The notes below the pieces were generated by a model, which was not told the DNA's origin, ran no database searches, and was given only the letters and a program-made list of their open reading frames with translations. DNA of 64,000 nucleotides from NCBI GenBank assembly GCA_036630325.1, contig CP142732.1:372001-436000 (forward strand), read 5' to 3'. Below are positions 38,929-49,672 of this stretch, one piece after another; the first letter of the stretch is position 1; each line of letters starts with the position of its first letter. This DNA comes from Vairimorpha necatrix (lineage: Eukaryota). The translations under genes were made by a program, and so were the position numbers.

Positions 38929-39393
38929 TTATTTCGAAGATTTCGAAATTTTAAGTAATGCTTCTACAGCAGCCATTGTGTCATCCTCGTCATCACTCAT
39001 ATTTTCTAAAGAGCTTGGTGTGTCATACGCCTTAAATGACTTAGAAAAATCAGAAATTCTATAATTATTTCCATTATACATTTGTTCTTTATAGTGTTTG
39101 TAATTATTGAAACCTTCATATGTTTGGTGTTTTTGAAATTGATTTATATAAAGCGGATCATATCCTACCAAGTGTGTCATTAAAAAAAGATCTTTTTTGG
39201 CTCTATTTCTATGCTTGAATGAATCGGTCTTAAATTCATGTGGTCTGTTTCTCTTATGTATTTTTAAATATAGACCACATGCGTTACATAAATAACTTCC
39301 ATCGATACCTCGTCTCCACAAAGGCGTTATCTTTGTTCCACAGTTATTGCAACTATTTTTTTTGTTTTCATTATCTTCAGTATTATTTTTCAT
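38929..39393 (-). CDS. GATA-type zinc finger transcription factor
   Basis: CNNCGTKITPLWRRG..LCNACGLYLK; CCC upstream of the ATG. Confidence 0.93.
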   Translation of the reverse strand: MKNNTEDNENKKNSCNNCGTKITPLWRRGIDGSYLCNACGLYLKIHKRNRPHEFKTDSFKHRNRAKKDLFLMTHLVGYDPLYINQFQKHQTYEGFNNYKHYKEQMYNGNNYRISDFSKSFKAYDTPSSLENMSDDEDDTMAAVEALLKISKSSK

Positions 39394-40259
39394 AATGGGC
39401 GGACTATTTACTATATATATAAAAAATATTTATTTTTTAAAACAAAGATTTATCTAATCACCAATAAATATGATACAGATATAAAATTAAATATTCATCA
39501 AATACGAACACAATTTTTAATATTTTAGTTCAAATGTCTAATATTACACGTCAATATAATGCATCTCAAAATACGATTGATTAGTTTTACGTTTTAAAAA
39601 AAAAGTTTGTTTGTTTCAAATAAAGTCTTTGGTGTGTCTATATGTTGATTTTTAAAACATACAATGTATATAATTTTATGATTAATAATTAATAAATCAA
39701 GAAAACAACGTCTCAAAAAAAAAGTTAAAATGATTCGTTTTATGAATGTATGAGAAAAGTACAACACAAAACAGTAAAAAGTTTAACCTGTCAAAAAAAA
39801 ACGTCAATTTGATTTTTACAGCTTGATAAAAATTCAAATTTGATATTAAAAATTGATTAAGTTGAACTGACACTTGCTTTGTAAAAAATCAAATACAGTA
39901 AAATATGTTATGTAAGATTTTATGTTTTTTTCATCTTAGGAAAGTTACATTTTGTTTGTTTTTTGTAGATGCATACAATCCCATGTTGTCATGTATAATA
40001 TTAGAGAATAGTAATAAAATTATTAGATCTAAGTAGCATAAAGGAAATTTTTAGCTACTAATATTTTAACATAGATTAAACAACTAATAAATGCAAAGCC
40101 CTGAACAGAATTATCTTAATACCAAAATCGCTTGATGATATTAAAAAGAAGATAAACAACTAATAGAAACATCGTATCAGAATTAGCTTGATATCAAAAT
40201 TGCTCAAGAAATATTGAAAACGAAAATAAAGAACTAAAAATAAAACAACGGATGCCTAT

Positions 40260-40720
40260 TACCCAAATTAGATACTTAAAAACCAATATTTAAAACGAAG
40301 CTAAAGTAAGTAATAGTATCAGTAACAAACATAGAATGGTTTTTATTTTAGCATGTTCTGACTATATTGTTTACGAAGATAAAATAAATTAGCAACAATA
40401 GATCACCTTAAAATTCCATACATAAAAACTAATACTTAAAACCAAGACAAAACTAGTGATAGTAGTAGTAGCAAAAAAGATTGGGGTTTTTCTTGCATGT
40501 ACTAACTATATTGTTCACGGAGAGAAAACAAATAAATACTGCAATAGCAGATCACCTTGAAACTAGATACATAACTACTAATGTTGGAAACGAAGATAAA
40601 ACAAGTAAATACAACTTGATAGATCACTTTGAAACTAGATACATAACTACTAATGTTGGAAACGAAGATAAAACAAGTATTTATAATAATATTAGATAAT
40701 CACAATTTTAGATACATAAA
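40260..40720. repeat. Degenerate direct repeats (72-bp near-identical pair plus older ~150-bp units)
   Basis: GAAACTAGATACATAACTACTAATGTTGGAAACGAAGATAAAACAAGTA occurs at ~40560 and ~40631, with related diverged units upstream. Confidence 0.75.
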
Positions 40721-41241
40721 TACTTATTATAAGTATAAATATACAAATTTAAAATTAAATGGAATAATAAGGCAATTATAGTATCGAAAAATTTTTATTC
40801 ATATTAACAGCGACAATAAAACAACTAAATTCAGAAATAACAATATAGTCACACACAATACTGTATTTCTGTTATTTACAAAATATCAAACCCAAATAAC
40901 ATAATATAGCTGTAAACATTTACTTTAATTACAATATTTTAACTAGTTTAATTAACGATTACAAAAAAAATAGGCGAAATGAAAATAAAAATTCATCAAA
41001 AAACTAAATACGACATAAAATACATATTTAAATCACTACGAATGTATTTAAAATATAATTATTAAAGCAGAATATGTTGATAATATAACACTTCTTTAAT
41101 AAAATAAGTAATCAGAAATGGTCTTTTTTATTGTCTCATTGGTTGTTAAATAATAATGTTCAAAACTTTCTAATAAATTTTATTATCTAAATAGCTTTTC
41201 AGAGTAAAAAGATAAAATAATATTTTTTACCCCTTTCTGTT

Positions 41242-42567
41242 ATGTCTTTCCTTCTTTATCACAAACATTCTTGTAAAATAAATTACCAAACGGACACTGG
41301 TGCTGTTACAATAATGAATAAAGACCAAAGAGATATTTTGAATGATTTAATAGAAAATATAAATTTTAATTTTATCTTAGGAATTATTCTTATAGACAAC
41401 GTAGAGCATCTCGGGCTAGTATTGGAAAGTGAACTGGTAGGCATCTATGAAAACACAGATTTATACAAAATTTTAAAGGTGGAATTTCTTCCAATGGATA
41501 AAATCGATAATGATGACACGTCTTTCTGTTTAAAACATCTTATACATACAAATGATTTTTATATAGCAAAAAACAATTTTACCGATGATGAATTTATCTG
41601 GAATTTGCACATGATTCAAAATTTTATGAATTGTAAAGCAGAAAACGGAAAAATTATTCTAAAACATTCTCCAGATAATAAAAAACAAAATTTTAATATA
41701 GGTTTTTTAATATGTGGATTTTTTACTACTAAAACATTTAGAATTGATAATGACTTTTTTTCTATGAAATTATTATCACTTGTTTCTGGTAATAAAATGG
41801 GGACAAGACTTTTATCCAGAGGAATAGATTTAGAGGGAAATGTATCATTTTTTGTTAAAACTTTTTTTGAGACAAAACGTAATAATAAAAAATTTTTTAA
41901 TATGTCTATACTTAGAGGCTCAATTCCATTGTTTTGGAAGCAGAAAAACAAAGGAATAAATGGCAAATTGTATTTTACAGGAAATAGAAGAGAAATGGAA
42001 GCTTCTTTTGATAAGCATTTTAATAAATTAAATAATAAATACGGAAAAATTCATGTAATAACTCTTCTGGGAGAAAAAAAAGACGAGAAGATTTTAAGCG
42101 ATGCGTACACAGATTTATTACAGAACAAAAATATTAAATTTACATCTTTTGATTTAAATTCGCATATTAGCGAGTTTGACAATTTAAAAAATTTATTTTT
42201 TTGGCATTTAGAGAAAATAGACAGAGATGATTTAGTCTACAGAGTGAATTGTATTGATTGTCTCGATAGAACAAATTTGGCACAATTTTTAATTTGCAAA
42301 TATAAACTAGACAAAATTTTAAGAAATAGTACATTAGATAAAGTTTTACAAGAATGTTGGACTGAAAATGGAAATGCGCTTAGTAACTTGTACACTGGAT
42401 CAGATGTTATGAAAAAAGAACTATCTTTAAAACAAAAAAGAAGTTTTATGGGAATGTTTGATGATTTTGTGATCTCGGCCACAAGATTGATCAACAATAG
42501 ATTTACTGATAAACAGAAGAATAAGACGATAAATTTGCTTTTGGGTAAAAACTTAGTAGATATGTAA
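41242..42567 (+). CDS. Sac-domain phosphoinositide phosphatase
   Basis: GTRLLSRGID..GNV, RGSIPLFWKQ and catalytic RVNCIDCLDRTN (CX5RT). Confidence 0.92.
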   Translation: MSFLLYHKHSCKINYQTDTGAVTIMNKDQRDILNDLIENINFNFILGIILIDNVEHLGLVLESELVGIYENTDLYKILKVEFLPMDKIDNDDTSFCLKHLIHTNDFYIAKNNFTDDEFIWNLHMIQNFMNCKAENGKIILKHSPDNKKQNFNIGFLICGFFTTKTFRIDNDFFSMKLLSLVSGNKMGTRLLSRGIDLEGNVSFFVKTFFETKRNNKKFFNMSILRGSIPLFWKQKNKGINGKLYFTGNRREMEASFDKHFNKLNNKYGKIHVITLLGEKKDEKILSDAYTDLLQNKNIKFTSFDLNSHISEFDNLKNLFFWHLEKIDRDDLVYRVNCIDCLDRTNLAQFLICKYKLDKILRNSTLDKVLQECWTENGNALSNLYTGSDVMKKELSLKQKRSFMGMFDDFVISATRLINNRFTDKQKNKTINLLLGKNLVDM

Positions 42568-42979
42568 AATATTTACAAAAAACGGAAGAATTTTTAGTAA
42601 ATATGTAAAATATTTATATAAGTGAAAAATCAAGCGAAAAAGCTATTTTTAGCAAATATACGAAATATTTATTAAATATAAAGTTATGTGACACAACAAT
42701 AAATTGGTTAATTATTTACATTACGCCAATATAAAATACGAAATGTAAAAGAAAAACATGTTTAATTTATAAATTTAAATAAGTAAAAATGTAAAATAAA
42801 ATTTCCGTTTTTTATTTATAAATTTAATATATTGACAATAGATCAACTTTGATGGTTTAAATTTACTTTTTTGTTTAAAATATGTATTTAATCATTTTTA
42901 AAATAGTCTGCTTTGTTTATTTTTAATTTTCGTGTTATTAAAATTAATTTTTTAAGTTTGCCGTTAAAATATCCCATAG

Positions 42980-43255
42980 ATGTTTAATTTCATAAACAAA
43001 TTTCAAAGCAGCCAAAAAATATATTCTTATGGTAAAATTATAAGTATCAAAGAATCAGTATATATTTTGGAGTATAAAGGATCATTTGTAAAGGTCTATT
43101 CTAAAGATTTATACTATGTAGGAGACTGGTTAATATTTTATGGGAATATTGATGGAGATACTATAAATGCAGAATATTTAGAAAATATTTCAGGTGTTGA
43201 TTGCACTATTATGGAGAAATTTATAGATTTCTTAAATAATAATATTGTAAATTAA
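42980..43255 (+). CDS. Small protein, possible OB-fold (Ten1/RPA3-like)
   Basis: CCC upstream of the ATG; beta-rich pattern YGKI..VGDWLIFYGNI..ISGVD plus a C-terminal helix. Family call is tentative. Confidence 0.55.
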   Translation: MFNFINKFQSSQKIYSYGKIISIKESVYILEYKGSFVKVYSKDLYYVGDWLIFYGNIDGDTINAEYLENISGVDCTIMEKFIDFLNNNIVN

Positions 43256-43376
43256 ATTTTTCGGTTGTAATTTTTGAACGGCTATTATTTTTTATATTAA
43301 AAACGGCCGTTGAATTTAAAAAATTTAAAAATATCGGTTTTTTATTATGTAAATAAATTTTAACCTGAAAAAATAA

Positions 43377-43447
43377 GCATCGTTGGTTTAGTGGTATAAT
43401 TATCGGTTGCCATCCGATAGACGTGGGTTCGATTCCCGCACGATGCA
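43377..43447 (+). tRNA. tRNA-Gly(GCC)
   Basis: Acceptor stem GCATCGT/ACGATGC with discriminator A, anticodon arm ATCGG-TTGCCAT-CCGAT, GGTTCGATTCC, TTTTT terminator. Confidence 0.95.
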
Positions 43448-43458
43448 TTTTTAAAAAA

Positions 43459-43854
43459 TTATTTATTTAAAATGATGGTGAACGGGCCCTGATTACAAAT
43501 ATTAATCTTGAACGACATCTCAAAAGATCCTCGTCTAACTACTCCGCAGGGGTAACCGTCCGTGAGCTTTTCATAAAACAAATTATAAATTTCTTCTGCT
43601 TTGCTTTTAACAATTGTGTCTGATAATTTTTTCTCAAATATTAATAAAATATCTTGATTTTTTTCAATGACAGTTTTGGTTGCCATATCATAGATTTTAA
43701 TACCAAGAACTTTTTTAGCCAAGAACTCTACGTTTTCTATCGTATCATTTTCGTTTACTCCTACAAAAATAACAAGTCCATAGCCAATAATATTGAGTAT
43801 ATCTGTTTCTGTTTTACAAATGGCATACTTTACCTTCTGACATATGATTTTCAT
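43459..43854 (-). CDS. D-aminoacyl-tRNA deacylase paralog A (has NQGPFT, lacks SQFTL)
   Basis: MKIICQKV..IGYGLVIFVGV..DT..KVLGIKIY and C-terminal GSF..NQGPFTIIL match the DTD1 pattern. The SQFTL position reads IFEKK. CCCC upstream of the ATG. Confidence 0.85.
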   Translation of the reverse strand: MKIICQKVKYAICKTETDILNIIGYGLVIFVGVNENDTIENVEFLAKKVLGIKIYDMATKTVIEKNQDILLIFEKKLSDTIVKSKAEEIYNLFYEKLTDGYPCGVVRRGSFEMSFKINICNQGPFTIILNK

Positions 43855-44027
43855 TTTGGGGACTTTTTGTTTATATTTTTGTCTAAATCTACGTGTTTAA
43901 AAATTTCGTAAATGTCATTTTTTATAAATTAAAAAAGGAATATTAAACAAATATTTTTTTTTTTGAAAATTGAAAAATAAAAAATAATAATTTTACTCCA
44001 TTGTGTAAACAAAGACCCTGGAAAAGA

Positions 44028-44432
44028 ATGCGACTAGTTATACAAAAGGTGAAAAGTGGAGAGGTTTTATACAAAGAAATATCTCATTGTAAAATAAACG
44101 AAGGACATATTTTCTATATTGGAATAGAAAATAATGACGGTCTCTCACAAATAGAAGAATGTACAAATTGGATGATCAATTTTATAACACAGTCTGGGCA
44201 AGATGCGCTGCTTCTCTCTCAATTTACACTCTTTGCGAAATTTAAAGGTGTAAAACCTTCGTATCATAGGGCGAAATATGGACCTGAAGCAAAGGACATT
44301 TTTTACGGATTAGTTGATAATATAAAAAAACATACTTCAAATAATATTGGCACGGGAATATTTGGTCAATGTTTAGATATTATCTATACATCAGATGATT
44401 TAACAACAATTTACAAAGATTTTAATGAATAA
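44028..44432 (+). CDS. D-aminoacyl-tRNA deacylase paralog B (has SQFTL, lacks NxGPxT)
   Basis: MRLVIQKV..LLLSQFTLFAKFKGVKPSYHRA..TGIFGQ; the Gly-Pro motif position reads SDDLTT. The ATG at 44028 follows CCC (the ORF track starts at an upstream TTG). Confidence 0.88.
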   Translation: MRLVIQKVKSGEVLYKEISHCKINEGHIFYIGIENNDGLSQIEECTNWMINFITQSGQDALLLSQFTLFAKFKGVKPSYHRAKYGPEAKDIFYGLVDNIKKHTSNNIGTGIFGQCLDIIYTSDDLTTIYKDFNE

Positions 44433-45321
44433 ATTTTCGATTTTTGTAAAAATTCATCTAATAGTATATTTATATTTAAACAAAAATTTTAAACTACATT
44501 TATCATGAATGTGGTCAATAATATTTTTATTGTCGACAAAACTCATCTATACATTGTTAAATTATATGTTATGATAACTGATTTTTAGTTCAGTATGTTA
44601 AAAATTGATTTATATGGCTTAAATCAAGATATTTACAAACCAAAATATGTAAAATATTTTCATTTCAATTAGGCACATGCCATATTATTATATACTTTCT
44701 CTTTGCTACTTCCTTCCTTGGCTTTTACGTTTGCATATTTCAGGTAAATTTACCACGATAGACGCAAATAAAGAAAATTGTCTTATGATTATACAAACCT
44801 GATATTAAACGTTCTTTTATTGACAATATTCTGCAGAAAACTTCAACTTTATAATTTTAATACCTGTTGAGACTTTTTAAATCCACATAAATGCTAAAAA
44901 TTTTCAAAAAACTCATTATGAGCAATTTAGGTCTTAAAAAAAATATATGGCCTTTAAAGTTTATCTCATGGATCACGAACAACTTTTTATAACATAATTT
45001 CTGTATTATACACTTTTAGTGGGTCGGCTAAGTTCAATAGATGCATACAATTAGACTTTCGACAGTATCTTAACAGAGAAAAACTATAAGAATTAAAATG
45101 CAAGCTTTTTTAGTTAAATTTGAAGTTATATTGATTATTTATATGTGGGCTTTTAACAAAGAACAAAAGCTTTTTAATGAAATTGTTCATACAAGTAACC
45201 TGCGCTTCAAAAGTTAAACGTAAAAAAAATAATAGTATTTAGCAATGTTGCCTGTATTATTCGTCTCTGCAAAAAAGCAATTTTATTAGAGATATATTTA
45301 GGCATAAATTGAAAGCGACAA

Positions 45322-46115
45322 AGGTGCCTTTAGCACAGTGGTAGAATGCAATGCTTCCATTGAGCAATGGCTGGATTCGATTCCACAGGGGCAACAAAAT
45401 TGTTTCTACTTTCTATGATGCAGATGGAACAACTCAGATGATGAAAATGTCCACGATAATCATTAAGTTGATTCAATGAAACTTGTGTGTGTCCAGCCAC
45501 AAGGGGATTAGCATCTAGTGTAGAAACGCACCTCAAAGCCAAAAAGCAGTATCACCCTTTGGTGACTTAATGATACATAAAAGTCTCTAATGGGTACGGC
45601 CTAGTTGGAGCCCATGGCTGGTGCACTCTAGGGTGGGATCCTAGAGCTAACTAAGAGACTAGACGAAGTAGGGCAATTGAAGGTCTCGTGGATTCTATCC
45701 TACATGATTCTGTAACACGGTGTCCGAAACTAGTGGGAGACTGGTGGTCAACGCAGCCCAATAAAAACGCCGGGCCGGGGATGTAGTCGTGTAAGGGGCC
45801 GTGTGTGCAATACAGATGATTGTAGGGACCTTTGAGTCAGTACGATGATGTCTCTCCTCGGGTTATAGATAACCATGCCCGTTAAGTATATCCGCTGTGA
45901 GGTCACTCTGGACGCGATTTGAGGTATAAATGGAAATCGTTCTCCCGGAGCCAAAGTCCAATGGATACGGCGGAGCTTGCTGCACCGGCAAGTTGTATGG
46001 AGGGGGTTTTAGTGAGTAAGAATCTCACAGTACCAGTTGAATGAGGATCACACCCAAATCCCTCTGGTCCCCATGTGAGGTTTCTCCCTGCCTCTTACTT
46101 GCAAGAAAAAAAAAA
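45322..46115 (+). mobile_element. tRNA-headed SINE, best-preserved copy
   Basis: A box TAGCACAGTGG, B box GATTCGATTCC, A10 tail, perfect 12-bp TSD TGAAAGCGACAA (45310-45321, 46116-46127). Confidence 0.9.
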
Positions 46116-48735
46116 TGAAAGCGACAACATAAAAGATTTTTTTGTTCAAGGGTTTGCATTTTTTTAATTTGTGTTTTTGTACTTAGAATTTACAATTTAG
46201 ACAAATCCCAAATAATTGTTAACTTATTTTAAATATTTACTAGAAATTTAATTTGACTTTAAGGTTTATATGTACCACATGTAACTACATAATACGCGAT
46301 TCAAAAAAATTTTGCAAAATTACATAGTCTCAATAAAACAGATAAATTAAAGCCCAATAGTAAACATAAAAATTAAAACAATTGTAATAAGAACAAATAT
46401 CTAATATCACACCTGTACCTAACATAAATCGCAATAATAACTGCCTCGTAATTGAATTAGTATACAGACTAAGTCGATTTGGTAAATTTAGATTGTACTG
46501 CTAATATCTTTATGAAATTAAATGTACTATGTTGGTTTTTAAAAAATTTATGATATAAATCTAGGTTTTAAATAGCTGTCGACGTATGCTAAAAATGCAA
46601 TAAAACTTTTTTTATTATTAGTAAAGATACTAGATACAAATAATAATAGCATATTTGATGTATATCTACAGTACATGTTTAATTAAATAAAGGAACCATA
46701 GTACAAGCAGGCATTAGACAAAAAATATACTGAAATTATATTATAAAATTTTGATATATACGAACAACTGCAATACTAACTATACATTTGCAATGAAATC
46801 AAACAAAAATCGCAACATTTGTTTTCTAGACTATCGTCAAAAAAATGTATAAGAAAATTTTTATTACCTTATATCTATAAAAATAAAATAAACACCAAAT
46901 GTCTATTGAAGGTAAAATATATTAAATTAAAAAGATTGTCATATGAATCAATATGTGAATAGGTATGGATACACAAAATTAATATTTTAAATATGTTAAG
47001 TATTAATATTAGAAATTATACTGTTATTTGCCAGTAGAGTACTACTAAAGATAATAATTTACTCTTCCGAATTTATAAACTATGTGAATTCTATTAAAAG
47101 GGTAACTAGCATCAATGGTACAACTCAATTTATTATGTGTTTTTGTTATGTGACAAAACATAATGAAGAAACTCTCAATAATGATATATGTTCATTTATA
47201 CTTTGACATCTGAAAGATTTTGTATATTTATGGCATAAGAATAAAAAGTGACAGTATAAAATTTATACACATGGGTCAAAATGTGTAATTAAAATTATAA
47301 AAATTAATCAAAACATTTTTAGAATTATAACTTTCAAATGGTCAAACTTATTTTTCAACATTTCTGTATGGGTTGGCTGCATATACTGCCAGCGAGTTAC
47401 ATAATAAATTTTCTAAGATACAAGTATTTTTTTTGAGACGTTAGATTATTATCCAAATCCAAAGACACAAAAAACCTAATGACAATATTTGTTATAATTC
47501 AATTTGATTTATATTAATATATAATCGATTTTACGAAATCAATCTTAAGTGTCAACCTTTGTTTTGTTAGTAGGCATAAATTTTATTACTTGCAAAAAAA
47601 TACTAGATAAAACTTTAAGTATTGCATCTGCTTAATATCATACGAGACAAATTTATACTTTAGATTCCTTATTACTTGTAACATGATTTTTACAAAGACC
47701 GTATGGTTTTCCCCACTAATCATTATTATAGTATAGATCATAAAGTAAAATAAATTTCATTATCCAAAACATTATTTTTACTGATAAGCTACATATAATA
47801 TAAATTCAAATTTTATATTAAACTCTTTTATTAGAGCACATCAAATACGTGTTAGTCGGAAATTTATTAAATATTTTTAATATTAGTATGATCGCCAGAA
47901 TAATAAATTATGCACTAAAAGTCAGATGTTTTTGCTTATGCAAAATCTTATAAATCCTTAAATTCTCAGACGATCCTCGCTGCACTTAAAAATATAAAAA
48001 ATAATAAGTTAAAAATTTTATATGAATAATACTTTTTGATTAAAACTTTCTTAAAGTGCGACTAATTTTGTCTACATCAAATCTATTTTGTTAAAAATAT
48101 TTTATCCAAATGAGAAAAATACGATGTGTAACAATCAATTTGTAATATAGAACATCAGTATAAGTTTTATAGTAAAGAATGAAAAAAGGCACTTTTAATA
48201 AATACAAAAATCATTTTGACTATGAATTATTAGAAACAAACACAAAAGTAATCTATTTATTTAAACTTATATTTATATTTTCCACCAGACCACAATATTT
48301 TTGTTGTATTAATCAACCAATACAGAAATATATATTTAATTTTCTTAGGTTTTTTGTTTCTTCGTAATGCATTTTACGATTCATCATATGGCGTATTAGC
48401 GGTCTTAAATGTTTAAATGTATTCAGTCAAACTTCGGTTATTAATTCTTTTTTGTATATAATAAATGGAGATCTTTTAAGTATTGCCTATTATATAATTC
48501 ACATCAACACCGCAGAACAATTAAATATTTTTGTGGTTACGACCAGCGTTGTTTTGTTAAAAAACCAATGTAAATTTTTTGAACTATAGAAATTTTACAA
48601 ATTTAGCGTTTTTAAGCTATGTTTTATATTCTTGGACTAAATTAAGTGTTGCAAGCTTGTGTAAATATTTAAATTTGTCAAATTTTGTAATTGCTGGAAC
48701 TAAAAAACATTAAAACCTATATTGTTATTTTTAAA

Positions 48736-49137
48736 TTAAATTTTTATAAATAGAAAAAAACTGTATATTGTGTTAACAAATAAATAATATAAGAATCCAT
48801 TTTTATTTGTAAGTTTAAACATCATCTTGTCGATTTCACCACTTTTTAGTTTTTTTTGAAACTCGTCATTTCCTCCTATAAACTCGCCGTGCACAAAAAT
48901 CATAGGAAAGGTGGGGTGAATATATTTCCTAACATAATTTACCAATTCTGGATTCGATTTTTCCTCAATTTCTTTAACACCGTATTTAAGTCCTCTCAAG
49001 GTTTTTAATGCAGCTTGGCTATGTGGACATTGGGCTCTATATATTATTGTAATATCCTCTTTATTTAATTTGTAAGAATATGGAGATATTCTACCGACAC
49101 AAATGTAGACACACGTGAAAAACGAAATCCATTCCAT
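48736..49137 (-). CDS. Monothiol glutaredoxin-like protein (CPHS) with hydrophobic N- and C-termini
   Basis: QCPHS..TFPMIFVHGEFIGGNDE. Start placed at MEWISFF because the longer ORF would overlap the opposite gene. Confidence 0.8.
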   Translation of the reverse strand: MEWISFFTCVYICVGRISPYSYKLNKEDITIIYRAQCPHSQAALKTLRGLKYGVKEIEEKSNPELVNYVRKYIHPTFPMIFVHGEFIGGNDEFQKKLKSGEIDKMMFKLTNKNGFLYYLFVNTIYSFFLFIKI

Positions 49138-49261
49138 ATTGTTTTTGTAGCAAACGAAAATAAAATGCTGGTGTTTCAAAATGAAACATATGTTTTTTTT
49201 ATCAATGAGATTTTGTACTTTGGAAACATTTTTTATTTTAATTTGTTTTATCTCAGGTATT

Positions 49262-49654
49262 ATGAGACTGTCATTATTTCTTCCCATAGCTTATATTTTT
49301 GTGTCTCGTGCTGCCATTTCTTCAGCAGAAATTCCTAAACAATTCCTCGCTCCCGGAATAGTAGTAGTGCTTTCCCGCGCATGCCATTTCAGTACAGAAT
49401 TAGCAAATTTTTTACGACGAAATAATTTCCCGCATCAAGAAATTTACGTGGAAGACGACAAAGAAGCTAATGATTACATAGTAAAAAATTGTGATGGACG
49501 AGTACCATGGGTATACGAAAATGGACATAAAGTAGGAGATGGTATATTTTTTATGTCCAAATATCCACATTTACTTCCCAACAAAAATCTTGCTAAATCA
49601 ATGAAATTACTTGACAACGTTCTTGATCGTCAATGTATAATTGGTAAAAATTAA
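49262..49654 (+). CDS. Glutaredoxin-like protein (CHFS) with signal peptide
   Basis: MRLSLFLPIAYIFVSRA leader; ACHFS..RVPWVYENGHKVGDG resembles the glutaredoxin TVP/GG motifs. Confidence 0.7.
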   Translation: MRLSLFLPIAYIFVSRAAISSAEIPKQFLAPGIVVVLSRACHFSTELANFLRRNNFPHQEIYVEDDKEANDYIVKNCDGRVPWVYENGHKVGDGIFFMSKYPHLLPNKNLAKSMKLLDNVLDRQCIIGKN

Positions 49655-49672
49655 ATTTTATATTTTTACCCC

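Noticed and set aside
41616-42497. Antisense ORFs within real genes (also 29127, 30288, 31361, 52878, 16197)
   Set aside because: Shadow frames with no motifs.
43221-43448. 75-aa minus ORF (likewise 36563-36757)
   Set aside because: Overlaps a clear tRNA gene; spurious.
45600-45900. Self-cleaving ribozyme or rRNA fragment in the SINE body
   Set aside because: Hairpins are present, but I could not match hammerhead, HDV, twister or rRNA consensus by eye. An Rfam scan would be needed.
49138-49287. Overlapping N-terminal extensions of the two glutaredoxin ORFs
   Set aside because: Downstream ATGs give signal-peptide-like starts and remove the overlap.
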